This document shows, piece by piece, positions 18,701-26,219 of a DNA stretch of 64,000 nt. Source of the DNA: Gemmatimonadales bacterium. GTDB lineage: Bacteria > Gemmatimonadota > Gemmatimonadetes > Gemmatimonadales > GWC2-71-9. Each line of letters begins with the position of its first letter. Within the stretch, counting starts at the first letter, position 1. The stretch spans positions 7,550 to 71,549 of the forward strand of contig DASPXJ010000062.1 of assembly GCA_035637355.1 (NCBI GenBank). The letters are read 5' to 3'. The position numbers and the translations under genes are program-made. The notes beneath the pieces were generated by a model. It worked only from the letters and a program-made list of their open reading frames with translations. It was not told the DNA's origin and made no database searches.

Positions 18701-21700
18701 CGCTGTGCTCCGCGACCGAGAACGGCCAGCTGATTCCCTACGCTTTCGGCGACATCCGCTCGCGCTGCGGCCGGCACAACGGCGCGGTCGATACGGAGGA
18801 TCAGGACGGCGATTTCGTGCTCGACTCACTCACCGGCGTGCGCACGGCGGAGAGTTTTGTGCGCTACGTGTTTCCGATCGGCGACGAGCGCTATTTCGTG
18901 CGCGATGGCGGCATGGTCTCCAGTCCGTCCGGCGGCGCCTCGGGCTGGCGGTTGTACCGGATTCCGTTCCGCACCGACACGCTGCAGATCGGCGCGCCCC
19001 CCCCCAGCCTGCGGCAGGTGCAGTCGCTGCGGATCACGATCGTGGCGCCGCCGCCGGCCACGCCCGGCACGCCCGACCCGCAGGTGTATTTCGCGCTCTC
19101 GCGCGTGCGGCTCATCGGCAGCTCGTGGGTCAAGCGCAGCGACACGCCGCTGCCCGGGATCGGTGGCGAGCGCGGCACTGGGATCGGGGAGGTCGTCGCG
19201 TCGGTCGTCAGCACGGAGAACCGCGATCTCGGATACACGCCGCCGCCCGGCGTGGCGGACCAGGCGGGACGACGCGATGCCAATTTCCAGATCGGCTCCA
19301 CCGAAATCAACGAGCGCTCGTTGCGGCTGCTCGGCCGGGGCCTGGGCCGCGGCGAGCGCGCCGAAGCTTATCTCCGGTTCACGACCGAAGGCGACAAGAA
19401 TTTCCTCAAGTACCGCACCCTGCGGGTCTGGGCGCGGGGTCGTGGGGCAGGGTGGGAGGACGGCGACCTCGAGTTCTTCATCAAGGCGGGCAAGGACCAG
19501 GACAACTTCTACATGTACCACACCCCCGCGCGCACCATCTCGTGGGAGCCGGAGGTCGTCGTGCAGTTCGAGCGCTGGCTGGCGCTGCGCGCGCGCATCG
19601 AGCAGGCGTGGCTCTCCGGTGACAGCGCGCACGTGTACCCGGGATGCCCCGATTCGACGCTCGTGCCGAACGACGGCGCGTTCGTCATGTGCGAAGGCCC
19701 CTACATCGTGCACGTGCACGATCCGGGGAGCGCTCCCCCGAACCTGGCGCGGGTGCAGGAGATCGCGGCGGGGATGTGGCGCATCAACACCGGCGTCTTC
19801 GTCGATCAGGCGGAGCTGTGGGTGGACGACATCCGGTTGGGTGACGTGGTGCGCGAGACCGGCGCGGCCGGCGCCCTCGATCTCGCGATCGCGGCCGCAG
19901 ACGTCGCCGATGTGTCACTGGCGCTGTCGCGTCGAGACGGCCAGTTCCGCCAGCTGACCGAAGATCCGTCCTACACGACGGATAACGTCGCGAACCTCAG
20001 CGGGACGGTGCGGGTCGACCGCTTTCTGCCGGATCGCTGGGGACTCTCCGTCCCGGTGACATTCCAGCGCACGCTGGCCGCGAGCGAGCCCTTCTACCTG
20101 AGTCAGACGGACCTGCGCGCCGATGCGCTCCAGGGGCTGCGCACGCCCCGCTCGACGGCGGCCAGCTACGCGTTTTCCGCGCGCCGCATCCGCACCGCCG
20201 CCGGCGGTCTCGCCCGCTGGCTGCTCGATCCGGTGTCGGTCGCGGGCTTGTGGGCCAGCGGTGACGTGCGCACCGAGCTGTCGCGCGCGAGCGCGTCGAA
20301 CTACGCCTTGAGCCTCGATTACTCCATGGCGCCGAACGCCGCGGTCGTCCGGCTCGGCGGCGTGTCGCTGCGGCTCAATCCTTCACGCGTCCATTTCCGC
20401 TCCGGCATCGTGGGGTCGGACGGCGAGCGCGCGACGTTCGTCGTGCCGATCCAGCTGCCGGGGGATACGGCACCGCCGGCGATTTCGCAGACGCGACTGT
20501 GGCAAAACTCCGGTGGCGTGTCGCTCGCGCCGCTCACCGGCGTCCAGCTGGGTGTCGATGCCACCTCCACCCGGGATCTGCGTGACTACGGCGACTCGAC
20601 GACGATCGGCCGCCTCATCCGCCAGCAGCGCTCCTCGTTGTTCGGGAGCAACGTCGGCATCGAGACCCAGCGTCTCATTACATCGTCGCTCGCGCTCACG
20701 CCGCGCGTGGGAAGCTGGATACGCCCCCGCGCGTCCGTCGCTTCCACGTTCGCCTTCACGCGCGACCCCAATGCCCGCCAGCCGGCGCGCACCGAAGGCG
20801 ACACCGCGGGCGAGTTCCGGGTTCCGGCGGCGTTCAGTAACGCGCGCCGGTTCGAGACCGGGGCGCAGCTCGACACGCGCCGCCTGGCGCAGTCGATCTT
20901 CGGCGACTCCTCGGTCGTCACGCAGTGGCTCGGCCGCATCACCGGCGTCGACGTGTCGTATGGCGCCCAGCAGGCGTCCAGCTTCAGCCGCGCGACGGAC
21001 GCCCCGCCGACGGGATATCAATTCGCGCTGGGAGGATTCGATGCCTTCCGCGCGGTGAATGGCGTGCCTGCGACGTCGGCGACGCAGAGCACCACCTTGT
21101 CGACGGGCGGCGCGGCCGTGCTGCCGCTCGGGCTGCGCCTGAACGCCACCTTCCGGCGCACGCGGGGCATCGCATGGACGTTGCGCACCGATCAGCAGGT
21201 CGCGATCCGCAACCGGACCCGGGAATGGCCCAGCGGAGCGATCACCTGGTCGCTCTCACCCTCGCGCGCGTTTGTGGGCCGGATCCTGTCGAACATCAGT
21301 GCCCGCGTCGGCTACCGCCGCGCCGAGTCGGTGAACGAACAGCCGACCTTCGGAACGCCGGGGAGCGTCTCGTTGGCCAGCACGGTCGACAAGTCCTTCA
21401 CGCCGTCCGTTTCCCTCACGTGGCTGGGTGTCGTGTTCACCACGGTGGACCTCTCCCGGACCTCCTCGGATCGGGTCGCGGCGGGGAATCTGTTCCGCAA
21501 CGTGCGCAACGGGCAGAACAGCACCGTGACCTTCTCGTTCAAGCCACCGCGCCTGGGCCGCTGGCGCTCCAACATCCGCACGACGGCGGGGTATTCCGTA
21601 GCCGACAACACGATCTGTCTGCGCCGCGCCGGGCAGCCGGACTGCGTGCCGTACGTGGACAGCCGGCAGTCGCAGGCCCAGCTTACCATGGACACCGATC

Positions 21701-21834
21701 TTCCCAACAACATGGGCGCGGGCCTGCAGATGGCGTATGTCCTCAATGAGGAGCGGCAAACGAACCGCAAGATCTCCCAGTTCGTGATTACGGCCTTCGT
21801 CCAGCTGTCGACCAGCGTGGGGCAGATCCGATGA
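15757..21834 (+). CDS. sprA: SprA/Sov-like T9SS translocon (giant outer-membrane beta-barrel)
   Basis: True start at ATG 15757 (signal peptide MRRLAQLVLLAFTLVVPRVHA|QA). The product is about 2025 aa. The N-terminal region (VEAGNVTFQAPPSRFITAAVPANNFGVQAIAQLGALEFRGILAQQKGNV) resembles the repeated SprA N-terminal motif. The 5' 1.47 kb of the 2516-aa track ORF is antisense to lptF and was rejected. Confidence 0.7.
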   Translation: MRRLAQLVLLAFTLVVPRVHAQAPAYTFGVPPLVAPRHPALAPGGRLGARVPPVLVARAWADAVLAGRFSVFGAGPMALAPSPVSPPASPEAPPTFQGIGPGEHRGVLGQYADLGMQLNLRFELKVDQFRNLRCTSQERQFSLSGCSGGFPTISPNPQYAIRTAGVVGQRLHVDVDFDSQREFDANNNLHVWYEGLEDEVLRRVEAGNVTFQAPPSRFITAAVPANNFGVQAIAQLGALEFRGILAQQKGNVVKDRFYSVGDVTSQPIDRESRDLDYEAGRFFFAIDPGALPGYPAIDILQLDQLARPDSLTVGALRVYRRRAIAPSSSGNQNVGGVRAVACAPGSRAVDCAIQREGPFEWEILQEGKDYYVDPTGTWFALANRLDQSDYLAVSYITATKADSIGTFPVDANPDTAVVDTLRLVYDPKPAVTAASPSFRFEIRSAYRVGGREIDRTSVDLALTVNQRERGATGDTYLQRLGLALENDPTQFDQYNRLFPRARDPNQGDPVRDLFIVFPHLAPFADTTTLVATERNDSLYRTPRAYLATQGPPSVFALRLHVEATASADRSVLSLNSFQIREGSERIYVRNTLLTRETDYTIDYTTGQVQFKNADSLFSGGAAQVRAQFEERAAFSLAPTTTYGLAARYDLGAVGQVNLMGIFQNEQSTFTRPPLGFEPSSGFIGGISTQLRFQPDWITRAMDALPGVHTTVPSAVSINGELAISKPSPNRFGQAYIEEFEGGVARSIPLTDNLWHWGSIPTSIRGAEPLGVTGGFDPNDAAFLTWQSLPYNVSNNQFVPVQFLPQQIDPTLRFSGQAQAAEPVLWLMMKPDTVLGLANNRPASPSFGLPNWTRATHDAPRWRSIVQTLSATGVDLSRVEFLEFWVWEDAARVARAHRTTVLFDFGSVFEDALAFVPASFTVSPEGDTTYFGVQRAGARRLDSERDPRTQTWSATLNDEGILSDRVVDGILDGTTSTVIDTLPLCSATENGQLIPYAFGDIRSRCGRHNGAVDTEDQDGDFVLDSLTGVRTAESFVRYVFPIGDERYFVRDGGMVSSPSGGASGWRLYRIPFRTDTLQIGAPPPSLRQVQSLRITIVAPPPATPGTPDPQVYFALSRVRLIGSSWVKRSDTPLPGIGGERGTGIGEVVASVVSTENRDLGYTPPPGVADQAGRRDANFQIGSTEINERSLRLLGRGLGRGERAEAYLRFTTEGDKNFLKYRTLRVWARGRGAGWEDGDLEFFIKAGKDQDNFYMYHTPARTISWEPEVVVQFERWLALRARIEQAWLSGDSAHVYPGCPDSTLVPNDGAFVMCEGPYIVHVHDPGSAPPNLARVQEIAAGMWRINTGVFVDQAELWVDDIRLGDVVRETGAAGALDLAIAAADVADVSLALSRRDGQFRQLTEDPSYTTDNVANLSGTVRVDRFLPDRWGLSVPVTFQRTLAASEPFYLSQTDLRADALQGLRTPRSTAASYAFSARRIRTAAGGLARWLLDPVSVAGLWASGDVRTELSRASASNYALSLDYSMAPNAAVVRLGGVSLRLNPSRVHFRSGIVGSDGERATFVVPIQLPGDTAPPAISQTRLWQNSGGVSLAPLTGVQLGVDATSTRDLRDYGDSTTIGRLIRQQRSSLFGSNVGIETQRLITSSLALTPRVGSWIRPRASVASTFAFTRDPNARQPARTEGDTAGEFRVPAAFSNARRFETGAQLDTRRLAQSIFGDSSVVTQWLGRITGVDVSYGAQQASSFSRATDAPPTGYQFALGGFDAFRAVNGVPATSATQSTTLSTGGAAVLPLGLRLNATFRRTRGIAWTLRTDQQVAIRNRTREWPSGAITWSLSPSRAFVGRILSNISARVGYRRAESVNEQPTFGTPGSVSLASTVDKSFTPSVSLTWLGVVFTTVDLSRTSSDRVAAGNLFRNVRNGQNSTVTFSFKPPRLGRWRSNIRTTAGYSVADNTICLRRAGQPDCVPYVDSRQSQAQLTMDTDLPNNMGAGLQMAYVLNEERQTNRKISQFVITAFVQLSTSVGQIR

Positions 21835-22751
21835 AATCGTGCGTGGTGCGTGGTACGTGGTGCGTGGGAATGGTCTTCACATTGGCGTGCCAGGCGCGCG
21901 CGGGCGATGGCAAGGGCGGCGCGAGTGAATTCAGTGGGCCCACGGCGTTCACCTACATCGAGAAGCAGATGTCGTTCGGCCCGCGCATTCCGAACAAGCC
22001 GGGCCATGAGCAGACGGGCGACTGGCTGCTCGCCGAGCTCCGCGCGCGCGCCGACACCGTGATCGTTCAGGAGATTCGCCACTTCACGCGGAAGGGCGAG
22101 ACGCTCCGGCTGCGGAATTTCTTCGCGCGCTTCCGCCCGCAGGCCAGCGAGCGCGTGCTGTTCCTGGCACACTGGGACACGCGGCCGATGGCCGACCGCA
22201 GCCAGAACCTTGGCCAGCAGCGGCTGCCCGTGCCCGGCGCCAATGATGGGGCGTCGGGAGTCGCGGTGCTGCTGGGCGTCGCGGACGCGCTCAAGGCTCA
22301 CCCGCCGGCCAACGGAGTCGATCTGCTCTTCGTGGACGGCGAGGACTACGGCGATTTTGCCGATTCGAACGACGTGTTGATCGGATCGCGCTGGTTTGCC
22401 GCCCATCAGCCCGCCGGCTATCAACCATTGTTCGCGGTGCTGTTCGACATGGTCGGCGACAAGGATCTGCAGATCTTCCAGGAAGGCCAGTCTATGGCCT
22501 TCGCGCCCGAGGTCGTGCAGCGAGTGTGGCGGGTCGCGGCGCAGCGGGGCCACGAGCGCCAGTTCGTCCCGAGCGTGGGGCAGACCCTCATTGACGATCA
22601 CGTCTCGCTCCAGAAGGCGGGCATCCACGCGATCGACATCGTGGACTTCGATTATCCGTACTGGCACACGACCGAGGATACGATCGATAAAGTCAGCCCG
22701 GAATCACTGCAGATTGTCGGTGATGTGGCGGTGGCACTGGTGAGGCAATAA
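21831..22751 (+). CDS. M28-family glutaminyl-peptide cyclotransferase-like protein
   Basis: The ATG overlaps the sprA stop (ATGA). LFLAHWDTRPMADRS...VPGANDGASGVAVLLGVADAL matches the bacterial type-II glutaminyl cyclase / M28 metal-site pattern. The N-terminus has a hydrophobic segment ending in TLAC, a possible lipobox. Confidence 0.65.
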   Translation: MKSCVVRGTWCVGMVFTLACQARAGDGKGGASEFSGPTAFTYIEKQMSFGPRIPNKPGHEQTGDWLLAELRARADTVIVQEIRHFTRKGETLRLRNFFARFRPQASERVLFLAHWDTRPMADRSQNLGQQRLPVPGANDGASGVAVLLGVADALKAHPPANGVDLLFVDGEDYGDFADSNDVLIGSRWFAAHQPAGYQPLFAVLFDMVGDKDLQIFQEGQSMAFAPEVVQRVWRVAAQRGHERQFVPSVGQTLIDDHVSLQKAGIHAIDIVDFDYPYWHTTEDTIDKVSPESLQIVGDVAVALVRQ

Positions 22752-22755
22752 ACGG

Positions 22756-22880
22756 CGGCGGTCAAAGGCAAGTGCGGCGGTCAAGAAACAAAATCGGCGG
22801 TCAACAAACAACTACGACCGTCGACCGCCGCAGTCGTCTCTTGACCGCCGCATTTTTCGTTTGACCGCCGCGTTTTTTTT
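22756..22880. repeat. Three direct plus three inverted copies of CGGCGGTCAA at 20-bp period, ending in a T8 run
   Basis: Direct copies are at 22756, 22775 and 22795. Inverted copies (T[T/C]GACCGCCG) are at 22821, 22841 and 22861. Extended pairings reach 10-14 bp per segment. TTTTTTTT lies at 22873..22880. Confidence 0.8.
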
Positions 22881-22917
22881 GATGTCGAGGATTCGTAAGC
22901 GGTCCATAGGTTGCGGG

Positions 22918-23307
22918 ATGGACGATCGTCGCGCCGCGCTCTTGCTGGCGTGCCTGGCCTTGGCCGGCGCTGGCGTTCGATTCGTGTTGTCACCCTCTCC
23001 AGATCACCCGCCAGGTGATATTCGACTCCAATCGACCGCCGAATCCCGGCCGGGCGCGCTGCGAGAAGTCGCCAATCGCGCGGCGCGCCTTTCCCGCCCA
23101 CTGATGCCAGGGGAGCGCATCGACCTCGATCGTGCAGATGTGAGCGAAATCACTCGCCTGCCACGGATCGGTCCCGCATTGGCGCAGCGCATTGTTGCGT
23201 GGCGCAGCGAACACGGTCCGTTTGGCAGTCTCGCGCGGCTCGACAGCGTGCCTGGCGTGGGTGCCAAATTATTGGACGCCATACGCCCTTTCGTCGTCCA
23301 GCCTTGA
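22918..23307 (+). CDS. comEA: ComEA-like helix-hairpin-helix DNA-binding protein
   Basis: N-terminal anchor MDDRRAALLLACLALAGAGV. C-terminal IDLDRADVSEITRLPRIGPALAQRIVAWRSEHGPFGSLARLDSVPGVGAKLLDAI is the ComEA HhH pair. The start is uncertain; 22882 is an alternative. Confidence 0.65.
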   Translation: MDDRRAALLLACLALAGAGVRFVLSPSPDHPPGDIRLQSTAESRPGALREVANRAARLSRPLMPGERIDLDRADVSEITRLPRIGPALAQRIVAWRSEHGPFGSLARLDSVPGVGAKLLDAIRPFVVQP

Positions 23308-23353
23308 CCCGCCCTACCTCGCCTCCCATTTTAGTCCCTTCAAATTCAACGAG

Positions 23354-25063
23354 TTGCATACGGCGAGTGTTGCGATTACCCAGGACAAGCTCGGTGAGAT
23401 CCTTGTCCGTGAAGGGCTGATCACCCAGGAGCAGCTCCGCAAGGCCCTCCTGGAGCAGAAAAACTCCGGCATGCGGCTGGGCTATACCCTGGTCAAGCTC
23501 GGCTTCATAGAGGAAACCGAGGTCAGCAAGATGCTGGCCCGGCAGTACCGCATGCCGGCGGTGGACTTGTCGCGCTTTGAGGTCGATGCCAAGATCCTGA
23601 AGCTCATCCCCCCCGACATCGCCAACAAGCACAGCGTCCTGCCGCTCAAGCGCGAGGGGCGAACCCTGACGGTGGCGATCGCCGACCCGAACAACGTGAC
23701 GGCGATCGAAGACATCAAGTTCATCACCCGCTGCGACGTCTTCCCGGTCATCGCCGGCGAATACACCCTCCGCAACGCGATCGAGCGCTACTACCAGCAG
23801 TCGGATGCGCAGCTCCAGAGCCTGCTTAAGAGCGTGGAGCAGGAAGAAGACCTGGAGGTCGTGGAGGACCAGGAAGACGAAGACGTCAAGGCCCAGGACC
23901 TGGCCGATGACGCGCCCGTCGTGAAGCTCATCAATGGCTTGCTGACCGATGCCGTGAAGCGTGGGGCATCGGACATTCACATCGAGCCGTTCGAGCACGA
24001 GATGCGGGTGCGCTATCGCGTCGACGGCGCGCTGCACGAAGTGATGAAGCCGCCGGTGAAGATGCGGGCCGCCCTCACGTCGCGCGTGAAGATCATGGCG
24101 CAGCTGAACATCGCCGAGCGGCGCGTCCCACAGGACGGGCGCATCAAGCTCAAGATGGGGTCGCGCGTGATCGATTTCCGCGTCTCGACGCTGCCGGTGC
24201 TGTTCGGCGAGAAGATCGTGCTGCGTATTCTCGACAAGGGCAACCTGACGCTCGACCTCAAGACCTTCGGCTTCGAGCCCAAGGCGGAAGAGAACCTGCT
24301 GCGGGCGATCGAGAATCCCTACGGCATGGTGCTGGTGACGGGGCCCACAGGCTCCGGCAAGACGACGACGCTCTACTCCGCGCTGTCGCGGATCAATCAG
24401 ATCGACGTGAACATCATGACCGCCGAGGACCCGGTCGAGTACAACCTGCTCGGCATCAATCAGGTGCTCGTGCGGAACGAAGTCGGCATGACGTTTGCGG
24501 CGGCCCTGAAGGCGTTCCTGCGGCAGGATCCGAACATCATCATGGTCGGCGAGATCCGCGATCTCGAGACGGGCTCGATCGCGATCAAGGCCGCGCTCAC
24601 GGGCCACCTCGTGCTGTCGACGCTGCACACCAATGACGCGCCCTCGACCATCACGCGCATGGTGGACATGGGCATCGAGCCGTTCAACGTCGCCAGCGCC
24701 GTGAATCTGATCGCGGCGCAGCGGCTGGTGCGGCGGATCTGCAAGGACTGCAAGACGCAGCATGAGTACACGGCCGAGGAGATGCATGCCTTCGCCATCG
24801 ACAAGAAAGAAGGGCCGTTCTTCAAGGGCGCAGGGTGCGATACCTGCGCCGGCACCGGATACCGCGGCCGACAGGGGCTGTACGAGGTGATGGCGCTGAC
24901 GAGCCCGCTGCGCCGCGAGATCCTCAAGGGCGCCTCGACCGAGGAGCTGCGCGACCTGGCCGTGAAGGAAGGCATGTTGACGCTCCGTATGGACGGGATG
25001 CTGAAGGTCAAGAAGGGCGTGACTACGCTCGAAGAAGTCGTCAAAGAAACCGCAGCCGGATAA
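23354..25063 (+). CDS. pilB: Type IV pilus assembly ATPase PilB (GspE family)
   Basis: GspE N-terminal domain (LGEILVREGLITQEQLRKALLEQK), Walker A GPTGSGKTTT, and the tetracysteine CKDC...CDTCAGTGYRGR. No in-frame ATG lies downstream of comEA, so TTG 23354 is proposed. The track start at 23192 overlaps comEA. Confidence 0.9.
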   Translation: MHTASVAITQDKLGEILVREGLITQEQLRKALLEQKNSGMRLGYTLVKLGFIEETEVSKMLARQYRMPAVDLSRFEVDAKILKLIPPDIANKHSVLPLKREGRTLTVAIADPNNVTAIEDIKFITRCDVFPVIAGEYTLRNAIERYYQQSDAQLQSLLKSVEQEEDLEVVEDQEDEDVKAQDLADDAPVVKLINGLLTDAVKRGASDIHIEPFEHEMRVRYRVDGALHEVMKPPVKMRAALTSRVKIMAQLNIAERRVPQDGRIKLKMGSRVIDFRVSTLPVLFGEKIVLRILDKGNLTLDLKTFGFEPKAEENLLRAIENPYGMVLVTGPTGSGKTTTLYSALSRINQIDVNIMTAEDPVEYNLLGINQVLVRNEVGMTFAAALKAFLRQDPNIIMVGEIRDLETGSIAIKAALTGHLVLSTLHTNDAPSTITRMVDMGIEPFNVASAVNLIAAQRLVRRICKDCKTQHEYTAEEMHAFAIDKKEGPFFKGAGCDTCAGTGYRGRQGLYEVMALTSPLRREILKGASTEELRDLAVKEGMLTLRMDGMLKVKKGVTTLEEVVKETAAG

Positions 25064-25074
25064 GGAGAGGAAGC

Positions 25075-26217
25075 ATGCCAATCAACCTCCGGGCGTTGCT
25101 CGAGGAGATGATCGAGAAGGACGCTTCCGACCTCCACCTCGTGGCAGGCGAGCGGCCCAAGATCCGCGTGGATGGCGATATCGTGAACGCCTCCAGTGAA
25201 GAGGTCATGACGCCCAAGGACACGCTGTCGCTTGCGTACTCGGTGCTCACCGAGAACCAGAAGAAACGCTTCGAGACGGAAAACGAGCTCGACTTCTCGT
25301 TCGGCATTCAGAACCTGGCTCGCTTCCGCGGTAACGTCTTCAAGCAGCGGGGCTGTGTGTCGGTCGTCATCCGGCAGATTCCCTTCACCGTGAAGACGTT
25401 CGGTGAGCTGGGACTGCCCAATGTCGTGGCGCAGCTCGCCGACCGCCCGCGCGGGCTCGTGCTCGTCACCGGGCCCACCGGCTCGGGCAAGAGCACGACG
25501 CTGGCCGCGATGATCGACAAGATCAATAAAGAGCTGAAAGGGCACATCATCACGGTGGAAGATCCGATCGAGTTCATCCACCGCCATCAGGCCTGCATCG
25601 TCAATCAGCGCGAAGTCGGCACCGACACCAACAGCTTCCAGGCCGCGCTGAAGTACGCGCTGCGCCAGGACCCCGACGTCGTGCTGATCGGCGAAATGCG
25701 CGATCTCGAGACGATTCAGGCGGCGCTGACGATCGCGGAGACCGGCCACCTGGCCTTCGCGACGCTGCACACCAACTCCGCCGCCGAGTCGATCAACCGT
25801 ATCATCGACGTCTTCCCGTCGCACCAGCAGTCGCAGGTACGGGCGCAGCTCGCGTTCGTGCTCGAAGGGGTGCTGACGCAGACGCTGCTGCAGCGCGCCA
25901 AGGGGCGGGGCCGCGTCATGGCCGCCGAGATCATGATCTGCACGCCCGCGATTCGCGCGCTGATCCGCGACGACAAGGTCCACCAGATCGAGTCGTCGAT
26001 GCAGGCAGGAAAGAAGTACGGCATGCAGACGCTCAATGATGCGCTATATCAGTTGTACATGGGCCGTGAAGTCACGAAGGACGAATGCTTACGGGTGACG
26101 TCGAAGCCGAACGACTTTTTGCGCTCGATCGGCGAGACGCCGCCCGATGACGACAGAGCTCCGGCTGCGGGAGCGCCCGCGCAGGCCGGTCCACCTAAAG
26201 TGGCCGTGCGGAGGTAA
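25075..26217 (+). CDS. pilT: Twitching-motility retraction ATPase PilT, with a C-terminal tail of roughly 35 aa
   Basis: ATG 25075 follows GGAGAGGAAG. MPINLRALLEEMIEKDASDLHL, Walker A GPTGSGKSTT, and PilT signature AIRALIRDDKVHQI. Confidence 0.9.
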   Translation: MPINLRALLEEMIEKDASDLHLVAGERPKIRVDGDIVNASSEEVMTPKDTLSLAYSVLTENQKKRFETENELDFSFGIQNLARFRGNVFKQRGCVSVVIRQIPFTVKTFGELGLPNVVAQLADRPRGLVLVTGPTGSGKSTTLAAMIDKINKELKGHIITVEDPIEFIHRHQACIVNQREVGTDTNSFQAALKYALRQDPDVVLIGEMRDLETIQAALTIAETGHLAFATLHTNSAAESINRIIDVFPSHQQSQVRAQLAFVLEGVLTQTLLQRAKGRGRVMAAEIMICTPAIRALIRDDKVHQIESSMQAGKKYGMQTLNDALYQLYMGREVTKDECLRVTSKPNDFLRSIGETPPDDDRAPAAGAPAQAGPPKVAVRR

Positions 26218-26219
26218 TC

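Noticed and set aside
24835-25074. N-terminal extensions offered by the ORF track for pilT (24835), the PorV-like gene (2581), GT2 (31160), the second kinase (37031), the second regulator (38055), pilO (44621), trmFO (54031), hslU (57082), the OM barrel (58924) and the TagF-like gene (60421)
   Set aside because: Each extension overlaps the preceding gene in another frame and translates to Arg/Pro/Gly-rich sequence. In each case an internal start follows an RBS, begins a signal peptide or the conserved N-terminal motif, or forms an ATGA/GTGA coupling with the upstream stop.
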